This document shows positions 17,601 through 27,103 of a DNA stretch of 62,890 nt, in pieces. Every line of letters begins with the position of its first letter. Position 1 is the first letter of the stretch. The notes below the pieces were generated by a model. That model was not told the DNA's origin, searched no databases, and saw only the letters and a list, made by a program, of their open reading frames with translations. The translations under genes and the position numbers were made by a program. The stretch comes from a virus, in the IMG/VR virus record IMGVR_UViG_3300047498_000007, positions 1-62,890 of that record; one strand, 5' to 3'.

Positions 17601-19310
17601 ACTGTCTGCATCACCAAAGACAGTATATCCAGACCAAGAATTTGCAGCTAATCCCCGAGATTGAGATGGGAATGAACCATTCGCATTTTTGCCCTGTACA
17701 GCTTGTCCATCAATATCAATCACAAGATTAGATGGCTGCCCCTGGCGATAAATCGCAAAATCAGTTACAGAAGCATTGTTAGTCAGACTCGGCCCGAATT
17801 GTGCCTCTCCACCATTGAATTGTATGTTATTATTATTGGATGGTGTTCCGTTGAAATCCAAAGTGTATGGAGGAGTTGTCGCATTATTACTGCCTAGTGG
17901 TGCTGTACTTCCTTCAGAATAGTTAGATAGGAATTTTACGTTTGAAACATATAAACCACCACTATTGGTACTGCCATTAAAGCAGATATGAGCGTCTTGA
18001 CCAGCAGTAGTGTTACCCTGAAAGGCCCCTCCACCGTTGGCGTTTCCACGAAACCACCCACCAGTCATGTTGATTTGCGCCCAGAATGTATTGAGATCTA
18101 AACCACACCCAGAGTTACCATCAAATTGATTACCTTCCATATTGATGAGAGCGCCGGACTTAACAACAATACCCTCAAGATTAAATTCAAATCTATTAGA
18201 TAAGAATCGTGCCGCCCCTGACGCTCCAACAGCACCTTCTGCTGGCCCTACAACCATACCCCCGGCGTTTCCATAACTCCCAAATTCTCCGTTCGATACA
18301 AAATCATTCCCAAGTATTTGTTGATCACTTAGAGGGCCGTAGATCCCTGCCGTTGTATTAGCTGTGAAGTTATTGAATCTTGCTACAGCAAAAATATACC
18401 CAGAATTGCCACCCGTAGGTGCTCCGAACCCTACTTGTCCTTGAAGGAACGTCATGTACTGCACAACAATACCAGGACTATTGCCACCTCCAGCGCCGGA
18501 GGAGCCATTGGCTCCGATAAGAACAGGAACAGCTCCAAATCCTAGAGCTTGCAGAGGCCCAGGCCCAGTAACAAGTAAATCAGTTATCTGAAAACCTTCG
18601 AAGAATTGTTGGTTTATTCCACTTATATTTATACCAAAGTTTGGCGCAAAACCTCTAGGAGATATAACGTACAAAACTGGCGTTGTGCCGTCGCCATGGT
18701 AAGTAGAGTTAGGATTGAAACTTTCCCCTATTAATGATGAAGCCTCATGCAAAATTGTGCCATTTGCTTGGCTACCATATATTGTGCATTTATCTGGGAT
18801 TATTACATAACCGCCTGTTGCCACAGACGCTGTGGAGGCAGCGACAATACCAGCCGAGTCATCATGAGCTATAACTAAAGTGCTTCCTGTAGGGACTGCA
18901 GAGTTTAATGTAATTGTGCCACCAACACCGCTATTCACGCCAGTAACAGTAAATTGTGACGTATTTAAAATTGTGGCAGTACCACTATTATTAGTGGCTT
19001 CGTAGAAAACAAAAAAGTTACTATTATCTGTCGACGATGATCCTGTGAATGGAATTGTATAAGCGAATGTAGTGGTTGAACTATCGCCAGCATAAATATT
19101 GTACCCAGCACATAAGGCACCATATGCTGGGTCACGAGGATCATAAGCAGTTCCGCCAGCAATTTTGTTGTGAGCGGCTGCTGCAGCTAAAGCAGCCCAT
19201 TGATTACTTTGATTGATAATAAAGTTTCCACTCACTCCAGGAGGGGGGGTTTGCCCAGCAAAAACTGGGGAACAAATAAGACATAAAAGAAGTGTAATAA
19301 TCTTTCTCAT
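14646..19310 (-). CDS. giant fibre/beta-helix protein with N-terminal Sec signal peptide (about 1554 aa)
   Basis: MRKIITLLLCLICSPVFA|GQ. It is rich in Gly/Ser/Thr/Asn, with PbH1-like repeats (NRFEFNLEGIVV, GNQFDGNSG). The C-terminal 4-Cys domain is shared with the 898-aa protein. The ORF is open to 19322. Confidence 0.7.
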   Translation of the reverse strand: MRKIITLLLCLICSPVFAGQTPPPGVSGNFIINQSNQWAALAAAAAHNKIAGGTAYDPRDPAYGALCAGYNIYAGDSSTTTFAYTIPFTGSSSTDNSNFFVFYEATNNSGTATILNTSQFTVTGVNSGVGGTITLNSAVPTGSTLVIAHDDSAGIVAASTASVATGGYVIIPDKCTIYGSQANGTILHEASSLIGESFNPNSTYHGDGTTPVLYVISPRGFAPNFGINISGINQQFFEGFQITDLLVTGPGPLQALGFGAVPVLIGANGSSGAGGGNSPGIVVQYMTFLQGQVGFGAPTGGNSGYIFAVARFNNFTANTTAGIYGPLSDQQILGNDFVSNGEFGSYGNAGGMVVGPAEGAVGASGAARFLSNRFEFNLEGIVVKSGALINMEGNQFDGNSGCGLDLNTFWAQINMTGGWFRGNANGGGAFQGNTTAGQDAHICFNGSTNSGGLYVSNVKFLSNYSEGSTAPLGSNNATTPPYTLDFNGTPSNNNNIQFNGGEAQFGPSLTNNASVTDFAIYRQGQPSNLVIDIDGQAVQGKNANGSFPSQSRGLAANSWSGYTVFGDADSYNAQYQPLTNGYAAIVAKGLGLGPTYYILNDFSHLDCDVVNTEIVPNSNSTLQGNNFVTWLPSSEDVGYGGGFYTQHLQDTSTCRMGALTWMAVPNAYKVYGQAGTQTGSWSNDSGYGGSYGVVSQTNGSTLALSTTTNGGPIYLWFRMNGSNGGTFTYRLDSGPTTTVATQGNNAFTYSPTLSSFTLGGIRIPVSVAGAHTVNIAVTSSTSSSNTVIIEGIGTPPGVPLPGSSPTVVLGGQAYTSTTYPTAIAAFNTDQMTQANQLAADGLSVVFANVQKYFNFSTDILGSTFHYNSTGQGHIAEAFTSAIQGVLNPNRALDPLDFGATCNTQLFTQQFNGDPLQNGVNTIANSPLVTVNNYTFQPGVATQFGGGDVGKVFSVGYDTDQGPTTYVAAVVANGATFTNGSGTFTCSSSTNCAALGANMVSNTSNKNAVMGGYPSNPNNPATARDDTFAIQSASKASQLGGGIVSLPANCLIHNLVMANHTALVGNEGGMGYNQLTGYPNQDATPLYVAFNGFSDDVDNSSGSPVANNMGINLNTTYGTRFKDFVLICASFPYLPQGQSSAGFGFTAQAGLNADWVTLDHVGVTQCPVGFGTPLDWSKTITATGSVTGNTMTITAITSNALANYPSNPSDFLAVGRTVTGTGIAANSVINSAPPGGAAGTYILSQSSSATGTITITSSPPNVSGTGFIRNGWFGENGIGVNGSLTDFNLENTVFTNNYNTNWYDGPSSSGFGSNSSHMTGGRFESGGYGVIFDSVTNTQLTGVQWQATQCAVATVGSGWGHLQITGGWMQGNDCNPGSSAYSQVLLGGTGSDISFSGVSMDYHNFGGAGAPSSQQSKYVLSTTGSASVDYVIFDGGEERQGFNTAFENPANTAITHYKRNIGGLPVIDTTVIPTVSGCSFSALNGGIYSGGVTSGTTSTCTLTLTLPTVPNGWNCVGGDLTTGVNFAMSASTQTTCALTGATTSGDKLWFNGTPH

Positions 19311-19714
19311 ACGCTTAACCATCCTAAACTTGTATCTATTAAGGTAATACTTCCAAAATTGGTGTACACTTCGTTGACTCCTAAAACTGTTCTGTTCACG
19401 CCAATGTTGTCTGTCCCTGCCGTACCCTTCATATCAAATATAATGATAATTCCTAATGATCCAGTGCTCGCGGGAATGTTTGCCGTTTTCGCTCCAGCAG
19501 TTGCACTATTGAAAATCAGAATAGTATTTATGACAGAAGCTGTTCCTGAAGTTCCTGATGTTACATCTACTTCATGTATAATGCCGCTGCCGCCCCCTCC
19601 GCTGCTTAAATTCGCAATTTGTTGGGTTGTGAAAAATTCTTCAACAGCAGAAAGCCCACCTGTCTCTGATATTCCTATGACTTTTACAAGTTCATTGCCA
19701 ATTGGATTGGTCAT
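19307..19714 (-). CDS. small virion-associated protein with a conserved N-terminal module (135 aa)
   Basis: The N-terminus MTNPIGNELVKVIGISETGGLSAVEEFFTTQQIANLSS is paralogous to the N-terminus of the 38648..39181 product. Confidence 0.5.
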   Translation of the reverse strand: MTNPIGNELVKVIGISETGGLSAVEEFFTTQQIANLSSGGGGSGIIHEVDVTSGTSGTASVINTILIFNSATAGAKTANIPASTGSLGIIIIFDMKGTAGTDNIGVNRTVLGVNEVYTNFGSITLIDTSLGWLSV

Positions 19715-19790
19715 GGGAAACTTTCAAATTGATTAATAGTTTGCGCTCCGCGGAGGAGGGCCAGAAATATAACCAGCCTAAACATGGTCC

Positions 19791-22487
19791 TTACCACATC
19801 CTACAGTTAAACTTCACAACGTCTGCGCTAACCGTGGTTCCTGTTATAGTTGCTGTTGTTGTTGTGTCGGCTGTCTGTGTTTGAACATTTGCCGTCGTTG
19901 TGCTGTCGTAAGCATTACAGAGCCACCCATTGTTGGCGATAATGTTGGCCGTACCGAATGGAGTGATTGTCACGGCACAAGAACCCGTCGTACCGGAAGT
20001 ATATTTTCCTATATCACCGTTACCTGCTGGGGAGGTGGCCGTGCATCCAGATATTGTTGGGGCTGGCATTCCAACATTCCCCTGAAATACGCCGGTGATT
20101 GTTCCCAACATATCTAATGGAGAAGTTGTATTATTTGCTATGTTGTTGTTGGCAAAAAATGCCCCTGTATTGGTCACGCTGGTATTAACAGCAATACCAT
20201 ATTTTTGGGTTGACGCACCATCATCATAAAATGTGTTGTTGGTAACGGTCAGTTTTGTCGTATTGGAGCTGATGGCCAAACCACTTTTACGATAATCAGT
20301 TGTTCCAGAAATATTACCACAACTAAAGCCAATGTTGCCAGTAAAGACAATAGACTGAGCGGTGCCTGTTCCGGCAATTCCATAGCAAGCACTTCCGGCA
20401 CCAGCGACTTGATTTCCGGACACTATTACGTCGGTCATAAATGTGCTGGCGTTGCTTGTGATTAACTCAACCCCGAAACCTGTCGGGTTAACTATGTTGT
20501 TTCCTGAAACCACCGTCTTGGCGTTTCCAAGGGGTGCTGTATTAATATAGTCTAATATAATTCCGCCATTTGTGCCGGAAACATAATTTCCAGTAATAGT
20601 GCTTTGTGTTCCAGATGGATTTGGCAGAGTGCCGTCATTTTGTGTGATGCCGTACCAATTAATATTATTATCATTGAAACCATAAATAAAATTACCAGTA
20701 ATTGTCATGCCAGTTGTGCCAGAGTTACCTATACCAGCAGAACCGTTCACGCCATTATTCGCCGCATTAGAATTACCGCCTTCAAAAACTATGTTATTAC
20801 TTATTACCGTAGAGGCTAAAATAGCTGTAGATACTTCGCTCTCTATAAAAGCTCCGAAGTGATTAGGGTTTACAATGATGTTTCCAGTAATGATATAAGC
20901 TTCGCCTTCCATGCCGTAGGCACCTTGGCCAATACCATTAGATCCTTGGGCATTACCGCCAAAACGGCCAGCGTTTTCTATGATATTATTAGTAACTTGA
21001 CCATTAATTGCTGCATCAGTGGCTATTCCTGTCGCCATAGTGTCATGCACATAAAGACTATCAACAACGGAATGATAATTGCAAAACATCCCTATCCCCT
21101 TAGCACTAACATGGAAGGTTGCGTCTGTTGCCGATAAATCATCAATTTCAAAATTTGTTAAACGATTATTGCTCTGCAACAAAGCATTTGTTGGTGAACA
21201 TGTAACATTATTCGATTGATTAATCCCATACAATACAGGAGTAAGCTGATCGGTTGCCGCAATCCACTTAATGATAGACTTCCCTGCGCCATATCCGGTG
21301 ATGCTTACATTATTATCTACAATTACAGACGCTGTCGTAATACACATTCCTAGAGGCAATACCAATAAACCACCACCCGCGTTCTTCGCAGCTGTATCGG
21401 CTGCTTGCAAATTGGTTGTATCATCTGTACCAAAAACCACCGTGGCCTTACCTGTAATAGAACTCGTCGCCGTCGTGTTGAGTGTGGCGTTCCCACCTGC
21501 CACACTTAGAATAGTAGTATTGATAACTGGATATGCGCTCACAGAAAGACTAGAACCAGTATTCGTCGCTGCGTTGCTCATAGAGAAACCAGCCAAACCA
21601 GAACCCGTAGTGTAAACACCAGTAACGTAAGTTCCTTGAGGGATATTAGTGCCAACAAGCATCATGCCATTTTTTAGTCCAGACGTAGATCCAGCACTGG
21701 CAAATTTAGAACCATTGGTTGTCACCATTGTGCTTGATGTATAGGCAGTACCAGCCCAGACACTAATAATCTTCCCAACATCACCAGCTACGAATGTATA
21801 AGAAGCACTTGATATAACAGCATTCGAAGCTGTTGTAGTAACGTCCTGTAGGGTTTTACCGTTACAGAGCACACCATAATTTGTCACATATAATGGTGGT
21901 TGTCCGATTATACCTGAGAGTGCCGTCTGTGAAGCTGTTGTATTAGAGAGGCCCCCAAATGATCCGGCTATATTAGCTTGAATAGATCCTACGGGACTTC
22001 CTGGACTTCCACCGCCTCCGCTATATTGTGGGATGTTTAGAGTACCAGCTGAGAAAGTTGCAGCGCCACTAGAACCTGTCGTTGTTAAAGAGAATGGAGC
22101 AGACCAAGTATTATCACCACGGAAAAAAGTAGTAGAGCTTGCAGATGTTCCTGAATTGACCTGCGTGGTAGCAATATTACCAGATATATCAGTAAAGGCA
22201 GGTTGAGCTTGTGAAAATACACCAAGCGTTGAAAGACTAGTAAGGAATTGGTGAGAAACTCCCGTTGTTGATTCTACACCTCCAATGACTGAGGCACTTG
22301 ATGGCTGTAACGTAACAGATCCTGTGCCAGTGATAGGAGATGGAGAAACAATAATACCACCATTGCCAGATGTAATACTTACAGATCCTCCACCACCTCC
22401 TGGTGCTTGAGTATTGCTGACAATTTCTGCGTTGACTACACTAGAAGCCAATAAGAATAAAAGAACGAGAGAGAGAATCTTTTTCAT
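19791..22487 (-). CDS. right-handed beta-helix (pectate-lyase-like) tailspike/depolymerase-like protein with signal peptide (898 aa)
   Basis: MKKILSLVLLFLLASSVVNA|EI. There are many PbH1-type repeats (TGNIIVN, SNNIVFEG, TGNFIYG, TGNYVSG, SGNNIVN, SGNQVAG, TGNIGFS). Confidence 0.65.
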   Translation of the reverse strand: MKKILSLVLLFLLASSVVNAEIVSNTQAPGGGGGSVSITSGNGGIIVSPSPITGTGSVTLQPSSASVIGGVESTTGVSHQFLTSLSTLGVFSQAQPAFTDISGNIATTQVNSGTSASSTTFFRGDNTWSAPFSLTTTGSSGAATFSAGTLNIPQYSGGGGSPGSPVGSIQANIAGSFGGLSNTTASQTALSGIIGQPPLYVTNYGVLCNGKTLQDVTTTASNAVISSASYTFVAGDVGKIISVWAGTAYTSSTMVTTNGSKFASAGSTSGLKNGMMLVGTNIPQGTYVTGVYTTGSGLAGFSMSNAATNTGSSLSVSAYPVINTTILSVAGGNATLNTTATSSITGKATVVFGTDDTTNLQAADTAAKNAGGGLLVLPLGMCITTASVIVDNNVSITGYGAGKSIIKWIAATDQLTPVLYGINQSNNVTCSPTNALLQSNNRLTNFEIDDLSATDATFHVSAKGIGMFCNYHSVVDSLYVHDTMATGIATDAAINGQVTNNIIENAGRFGGNAQGSNGIGQGAYGMEGEAYIITGNIIVNPNHFGAFIESEVSTAILASTVISNNIVFEGGNSNAANNGVNGSAGIGNSGTTGMTITGNFIYGFNDNNINWYGITQNDGTLPNPSGTQSTITGNYVSGTNGGIILDYINTAPLGNAKTVVSGNNIVNPTGFGVELITSNASTFMTDVIVSGNQVAGAGSACYGIAGTGTAQSIVFTGNIGFSCGNISGTTDYRKSGLAISSNTTKLTVTNNTFYDDGASTQKYGIAVNTSVTNTGAFFANNNIANNTTSPLDMLGTITGVFQGNVGMPAPTISGCTATSPAGNGDIGKYTSGTTGSCAVTITPFGTANIIANNGWLCNAYDSTTTANVQTQTADTTTTATITGTTVSADVVKFNCRMW

Positions 22488-22943
22488 TTAGAGAATTTCT
22501 CCTGTGAAAAATGCTGTAGCCGAACCAGTAGAAGTAAAGCATCCTGTTGTGCTGAAGACTGCTGTAATGCCAGTGCTCATTTTCAATGGGAATGGAGTGA
22601 ATGCAATTCCAATAGTGCCTGGAGCTGAAGGAATATAATAACAAGCTACAGGAGTCACAGCGCCATTTGCAGGAGCTGTCGCAGAGTTAAATACAAGAAC
22701 ATATCCTGCGGTACTAGTTGCTGTTACAGATAATCCAAACAATGTTCCGGCTGATGCCTTAAACACATGAGAGGCTTCTAAAGCTGCAGAATTCACTGGC
22801 GGAGATGATGGCTGATAACAAACTGAATTCTTAGCGTTGCACCCGATCGTTCCCATGTACCCAGGCAACGTAGTGGTTGCTGTAGATTGAGCAAAAACCG
22901 TTGACGGAATCAACAACAGTAAAAGTGCAAGAATTTTTTTCAT
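22488..22943 (-). CDS. secreted small protein, 4 Cys (151 aa)
   Basis: MKKILALLLLLIPSTVFA|QS. AGGAGA SD. It shares the motif [IV]L[IV]FNSATA with the 135-aa protein. Confidence 0.55.
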   Translation of the reverse strand: MKKILALLLLLIPSTVFAQSTATTTLPGYMGTIGCNAKNSVCYQPSSPPVNSAALEASHVFKASAGTLFGLSVTATSTAGYVLVFNSATAPANGAVTPVACYYIPSAPGTIGIAFTPFPLKMSTGITAVFSTTGCFTSTGSATAFFTGEIL

Positions 22944-23024
22944 TTAAGTCTCCTAATTAGCTAATCCGTATACTGGTTCAAAGTTATCAAGCCAAAAGCC
23001 TTCTGCCATTTTAATCTCCCATTG

Positions 23025-24539
23025 TTAATGACAACATATCGCGTAAGCAGTAATTGTTCCACAAGTCACCCCGGTGGTACACGTACATTCATAACTTGCT
23101 GTTGATGTAGGCGCTGAAGTACTGAATGTTGCCGCAGAAGCGGCTCCGCTACTTGTTTTACAGCCACCGCCTGTAAGCGTATAGCCACCAGAACACGCAG
23201 CCGTTACTGAACCTGTAGTAGCAGTTGTTACCTGAGTGCATGAAGTAAAGCCAGATGTTGATGGAGTCGCCCACGTACCATCTCCACGCCAATATGTTGA
23301 ACTACTGGCAGACGTTCCACTATTTAAATTTGTAACCGGAAGATTGCCAGTGACTTGAGACCCGCTTGCAAGGTTGACCGTTGACCAAGAAGGATTGGCA
23401 GATGCGCCAGATGTTTGGAAAAAGTTACCAGAAGATCCAGGAGGCAATTCAACCCATGAAAGTCCTGCTCGATATATAATCGCGCCTTGTGTGGCCCCTA
23501 AAACGCTATCTAAATAAGCTGATAAAGTAGTACCGCCTGGAGTTGCTGTACTTCCACTTGTGTTGGCTAACATAGAGCCATTAGCAATCGTCCCAAGAGA
23601 AACTGTTACATTGCCGCTGGTGCCACCGCCGATTAATCCTGTGCCTGCTGTGACGCCTGTAATAGTTCCAACGCCACCACCGGCTGCTACCCAGATGGGA
23701 TTGGCTGCTGCTCCTTGAGTCTCAAGAAAATATCCATTTGTACCTGGAGGTAATGCACTCCATAAAGCGCCTCCGCGATACAGGATGCTGCCTTGAGTAT
23801 TTCCTATTGCACTATCTAAAAGTGCCGAAACGCCAACACCTGTAGGAGTGGCAGTAATGCCTGATATGTTACCAAAAACTTGGTTATTTGCTATCTGAGG
23901 AAGGGAATTAACAATAGCCTGAACATTAAGAGCAAGAGACCAATCGCCATTTGCAAGATCAGTAGTCCACACTCCAGAAGTATTTGAATTAGTGCATAAA
24001 TAGATATTACCAGTATTATTACCATTCGCACCGTCAACAACCATATCTCCATAGTTATATAAAACACTTGTTATCCAATCTCCGCGCAATTGACCTGTTC
24101 GAGCTGAAATCTGTTGCGATTGCATCTCGAGTATATCAATAGCTTGCTCTACTACTTGTGGGCTGAAGTCGCCTTGCCCAGAAATACTCACAAGTTGCTG
24201 TAATGGAATAATTCTTTGGATCGTAAGAGTAGTGCCAGCAGCCATTGGTGGGCCGGCCAAAGGATAAGTTATAAAACCACCAATGCCCCAGAGAGATCCT
24301 GGTAATATTGGATTAAGAGCTACTGAATATTGAGAGGGCGATAGAGTTGTCTGAAGACCATTAGCATCAGTATAAATTACTTGAAAATCAGCAGGTTGAT
24401 CTCCAACAAAATTAAATGTAAAATTTGTAGAGAGACCGTTCCCACCGACAGTAATTTGATTCTGAATTGTCGATATAGTGGCGTTCGCAGGAGACGCTAA
24501 AAGAAACAATGTCAAGAAAAGAGTTATTAATCTTTTCAC
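23025..24539 (-). CDS. tail-fibre-like protein with signal peptide and Cys-rich C-terminus (504 aa)
   Basis: GTG start with AGAGG 6 nt upstream. [20 protein letters not shown]|TI is followed by [28 protein letters not shown], which resembles a podovirus fibre N-domain. There are 8 Cys in the last ~75 aa. Confidence 0.6.
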   Translation of the reverse strand: MKRLITLFLTLFLLASPANATISTIQNQITVGGNGLSTNFTFNFVGDQPADFQVIYTDANGLQTTLSPSQYSVALNPILPGSLWGIGGFITYPLAGPPMAAGTTLTIQRIIPLQQLVSISGQGDFSPQVVEQAIDILEMQSQQISARTGQLRGDWITSVLYNYGDMVVDGANGNNTGNIYLCTNSNTSGVWTTDLANGDWSLALNVQAIVNSLPQIANNQVFGNISGITATPTGVGVSALLDSAIGNTQGSILYRGGALWSALPPGTNGYFLETQGAAANPIWVAAGGGVGTITGVTAGTGLIGGGTSGNVTVSLGTIANGSMLANTSGSTATPGGTTLSAYLDSVLGATQGAIIYRAGLSWVELPPGSSGNFFQTSGASANPSWSTVNLASGSQVTGNLPVTNLNSGTSASSSTYWRGDGTWATPSTSGFTSCTQVTTATTGSVTAACSGGYTLTGGGCKTSSGAASAATFSTSAPTSTASYECTCTTGVTCGTITAYAICCH

Positions 24540-24602
24540 TAAGCGCCTCTGGGGAAAGATTACTTGGCGCTCAATTTTACTTAAATACTCGCAATTAAAC
24601 TA

Positions 24603-24618
24603 CCCCCATTATTGGGGG
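24603..24618 (-). terminator. hairpin CCCCCA-TTAT-TGGGGG just after the 827-aa gene
   Basis: Perfect 6-bp GC-rich stem, followed on the minus strand by TAGTTTAATT. It lies between the internal-protein operon and the fibre gene. Confidence 0.4.
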
Positions 24619-24619
24619 G

Positions 24620-27103
24620 TTATTGCGCCCCAGATAAGAGACCTGTTGCTTTTCCGCCTTGAGATTTGAGATATACGCCTGGGACACCAGTTGGCACTCC
24701 ACCTCCAGGTGTATATCCTTGCATTGTGCGACCTTGTTCTTTCTGGAGATTTCTGTTCGTTCTTTCCCACCATCCTGGTTTTGCCGCTTCATATAAATGA
24801 TACCAAAGCATATAATCGAGTGTTCCCTTAAGATAAACCAAGTTAGCAAAAGGAATGTGGTTGACGCCAAAATGAGCGAGTTCCGACCAATTAAATTTTC
24901 CTTGCTTTGATTGATTAAACATTTGAACTAACTTATCAGCATCAGATACAACCGGACCTGCAAGAGAAGTAATCCCTCCTGCCATTCTATTAACTTCGCC
25001 AAATAATAAATCTCCCATAATACCCATGGCACCACTTTGTTGAGCAGATTCAAGAAGTGTTTTTGGTTGACGTGGATCTGGAGCTGGACGGCCAGATGCA
25101 AGATTACTAACTAATAACCTCATATAACCGGCAGGAATTCCGAGGGCAATTATCTTACCAATATTCCAAGCTGCTTCACCTTTAGAAAGACTCATATAAA
25201 CTTCACGTTCAAGGATTTGGTTCATGGCAGCGACCGGCCACATCTTAAACTGAGTTATGAATCGCAGAGCAGCATTAGGTATAGTTCCTTTTTGTGTCCC
25301 CTGTAATAAAGTGGCACGTTCACGTACACCAGGGGTTACAACACCATGCTTTGCTGCATCGGAATAATATGAAAGAAGTTTATCAGACATTCCTTGTTTG
25401 AAGTCAGCAACAGACTTAGCCGTTTCTTCAGGAGTTGCATCTTGTTTAATATCATCCCTTTCACGCAGCATTGATTCTACTTCTGCAGAGTCAAGACTTT
25501 CTGCAGCAGCTGAAGGTGTCAAATAAGACCTGCCATTGTATTGGGGTAGGTCTTTTGTGCCTTGCATTAATTTCCATTCATCTTCTCCAATGCGATATTT
25601 CGAAAGCATTTGCGTCAAATGAGGATCTAAATCCTTCCAATCTTTATCGATGTTACGGCCAAGATTATGAGCCAACATATCTCTAATTCCAGCTTTGGTG
25701 CGATCGTAGACAAGATGAATACCAGTGGCATCCATAAATCTTCCGGCCCATGAACTTATATGCCCAGGAATAGAATCATCACCTATTTTACCATGAACAT
25801 GTCTCAGTCCACCATCTGCATACGCTCCAAGATCAGCCATCAAGTTTCTATGTTCCGCATCGCCCATGCCGGAGGCAAGAGATTTGACCATATTCCCAAT
25901 AGACTCAAATCTATTGATACCATGATGTGCAAGTTCTGAAGTTACTGTAGGCCATATGGAAGCCAAATGGGTGACACCGACGCCACCAAGGGTAGACATG
26001 CTTTCAACTTGCATAGTTCCAGAAACAAATTTCTCTAACCCCATATTCGCAGGAATATTTAATGTACCGTCTAAGTCACGCATTTCATTGACAACGCTAC
26101 GCTTTCCACTCTGAAATTTTTTCACACCATCAACATCACTCTTATATGTTTCCTCAACTCGACGCAAAAGCATGTTCATATTAGCGCCTGGATTATTCCC
26201 AAGTTTTTCCATCAATGCTAATGACCGAGCACCACGATCAATTGAATTTGTTATGGAAGCATGAAGTGTAGGAGATGTTCCAAAATCTTGCATATGTTCA
26301 TGCCATGCCTGACCATCTTTCCATTGGATAGCGCGATGAGCAGAAGCCTTTTGACTTACATTAGTAGTATTAGCGAAGTCAGGGTGAACATAACTAGATT
26401 CTGCTGTACCTATTTTTGTATAAACTCCAGTGAGAAATGAATTGAATAGATCTTTACCAAAAGCTTTTTGAGCTTGCTGCATAGTTTGTGTGCCTATAGG
26501 TGTGACACCTTGGAAAGTTTTATCATTCATGCGTGGTCTATCTTTAGCCCACCAAGCTTCGAAAGCTTCATCTGGAGTTTTGCCATCTCCAGCGGCTTGT
26601 CTCATGCGCGTTGAATCCCATTGGGTGGTTGTGACATAATTTCTGGCATCACCAATTCTGGCACCAGCATTATTCATCATGTCACGAACATTATCCAGAG
26701 CTTTGGAATATATTTTTGCTATTTCAGCAGCTGGACCTTTACCAGCATCTTTGCCATTACTTAAGTTCCACCAAGCGATAGAGACATCTTTATCCATCAA
26801 ACCATTCTCAGCTACTTTTTTATAACCACCTTTGAATAGTTCATTATTAAGAACGGCAAGCCAGCCATCTCGTCTACCATGCCAGTTGCTCTCGACACTA
26901 TCACGCAATAATTTATTGGAACCACGGAGAATAGAATGCAACGTCTCAAGAGCATTCTTAATGCCACCATTCTTTGCCACTTGATCCATAATACCGTCAC
27001 GCTTCATAGCATCACGTAAAGAGTCTAACTTCTTGCTCCTCGCTTCAATAGCGTTTTGCTCCGCTTGTTTTAATGCACCACGTTCGGTGTTACATACTGT
27101 CAT
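24620..27103 (-). CDS. large internal virion / ejection protein (827 aa; the ORF is open to 27124)
   Basis: ATG 27103 forms a TAATG overlap with the upstream stop. Size and position after the SLT protein match podovirus gp15/gp16-type proteins. Confidence 0.5.
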   Translation of the reverse strand: MTVCNTERGALKQAEQNAIEARSKKLDSLRDAMKRDGIMDQVAKNGGIKNALETLHSILRGSNKLLRDSVESNWHGRRDGWLAVLNNELFKGGYKKVAENGLMDKDVSIAWWNLSNGKDAGKGPAAEIAKIYSKALDNVRDMMNNAGARIGDARNYVTTTQWDSTRMRQAAGDGKTPDEAFEAWWAKDRPRMNDKTFQGVTPIGTQTMQQAQKAFGKDLFNSFLTGVYTKIGTAESSYVHPDFANTTNVSQKASAHRAIQWKDGQAWHEHMQDFGTSPTLHASITNSIDRGARSLALMEKLGNNPGANMNMLLRRVEETYKSDVDGVKKFQSGKRSVVNEMRDLDGTLNIPANMGLEKFVSGTMQVESMSTLGGVGVTHLASIWPTVTSELAHHGINRFESIGNMVKSLASGMGDAEHRNLMADLGAYADGGLRHVHGKIGDDSIPGHISSWAGRFMDATGIHLVYDRTKAGIRDMLAHNLGRNIDKDWKDLDPHLTQMLSKYRIGEDEWKLMQGTKDLPQYNGRSYLTPSAAAESLDSAEVESMLRERDDIKQDATPEETAKSVADFKQGMSDKLLSYYSDAAKHGVVTPGVRERATLLQGTQKGTIPNAALRFITQFKMWPVAAMNQILEREVYMSLSKGEAAWNIGKIIALGIPAGYMRLLVSNLASGRPAPDPRQPKTLLESAQQSGAMGIMGDLLFGEVNRMAGGITSLAGPVVSDADKLVQMFNQSKQGKFNWSELAHFGVNHIPFANLVYLKGTLDYMLWYHLYEAAKPGWWERTNRNLQKEQGRTMQGYTPGGGVPTGVPGVYLKSQGGKATGLLSGAQ

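Noticed and set aside
14646-24539. Diversity-generating retroelement acting on the fibre C-termini, suggested by the BPP-1-like gene order.
   Set aside because: There is no reverse-transcriptase ORF anywhere in the window. I also saw no template/variable repeat pair near the 3' ends of the fibre genes. The shared C-terminal domain is diverged at the protein level, not an A-to-N mutated DNA copy.
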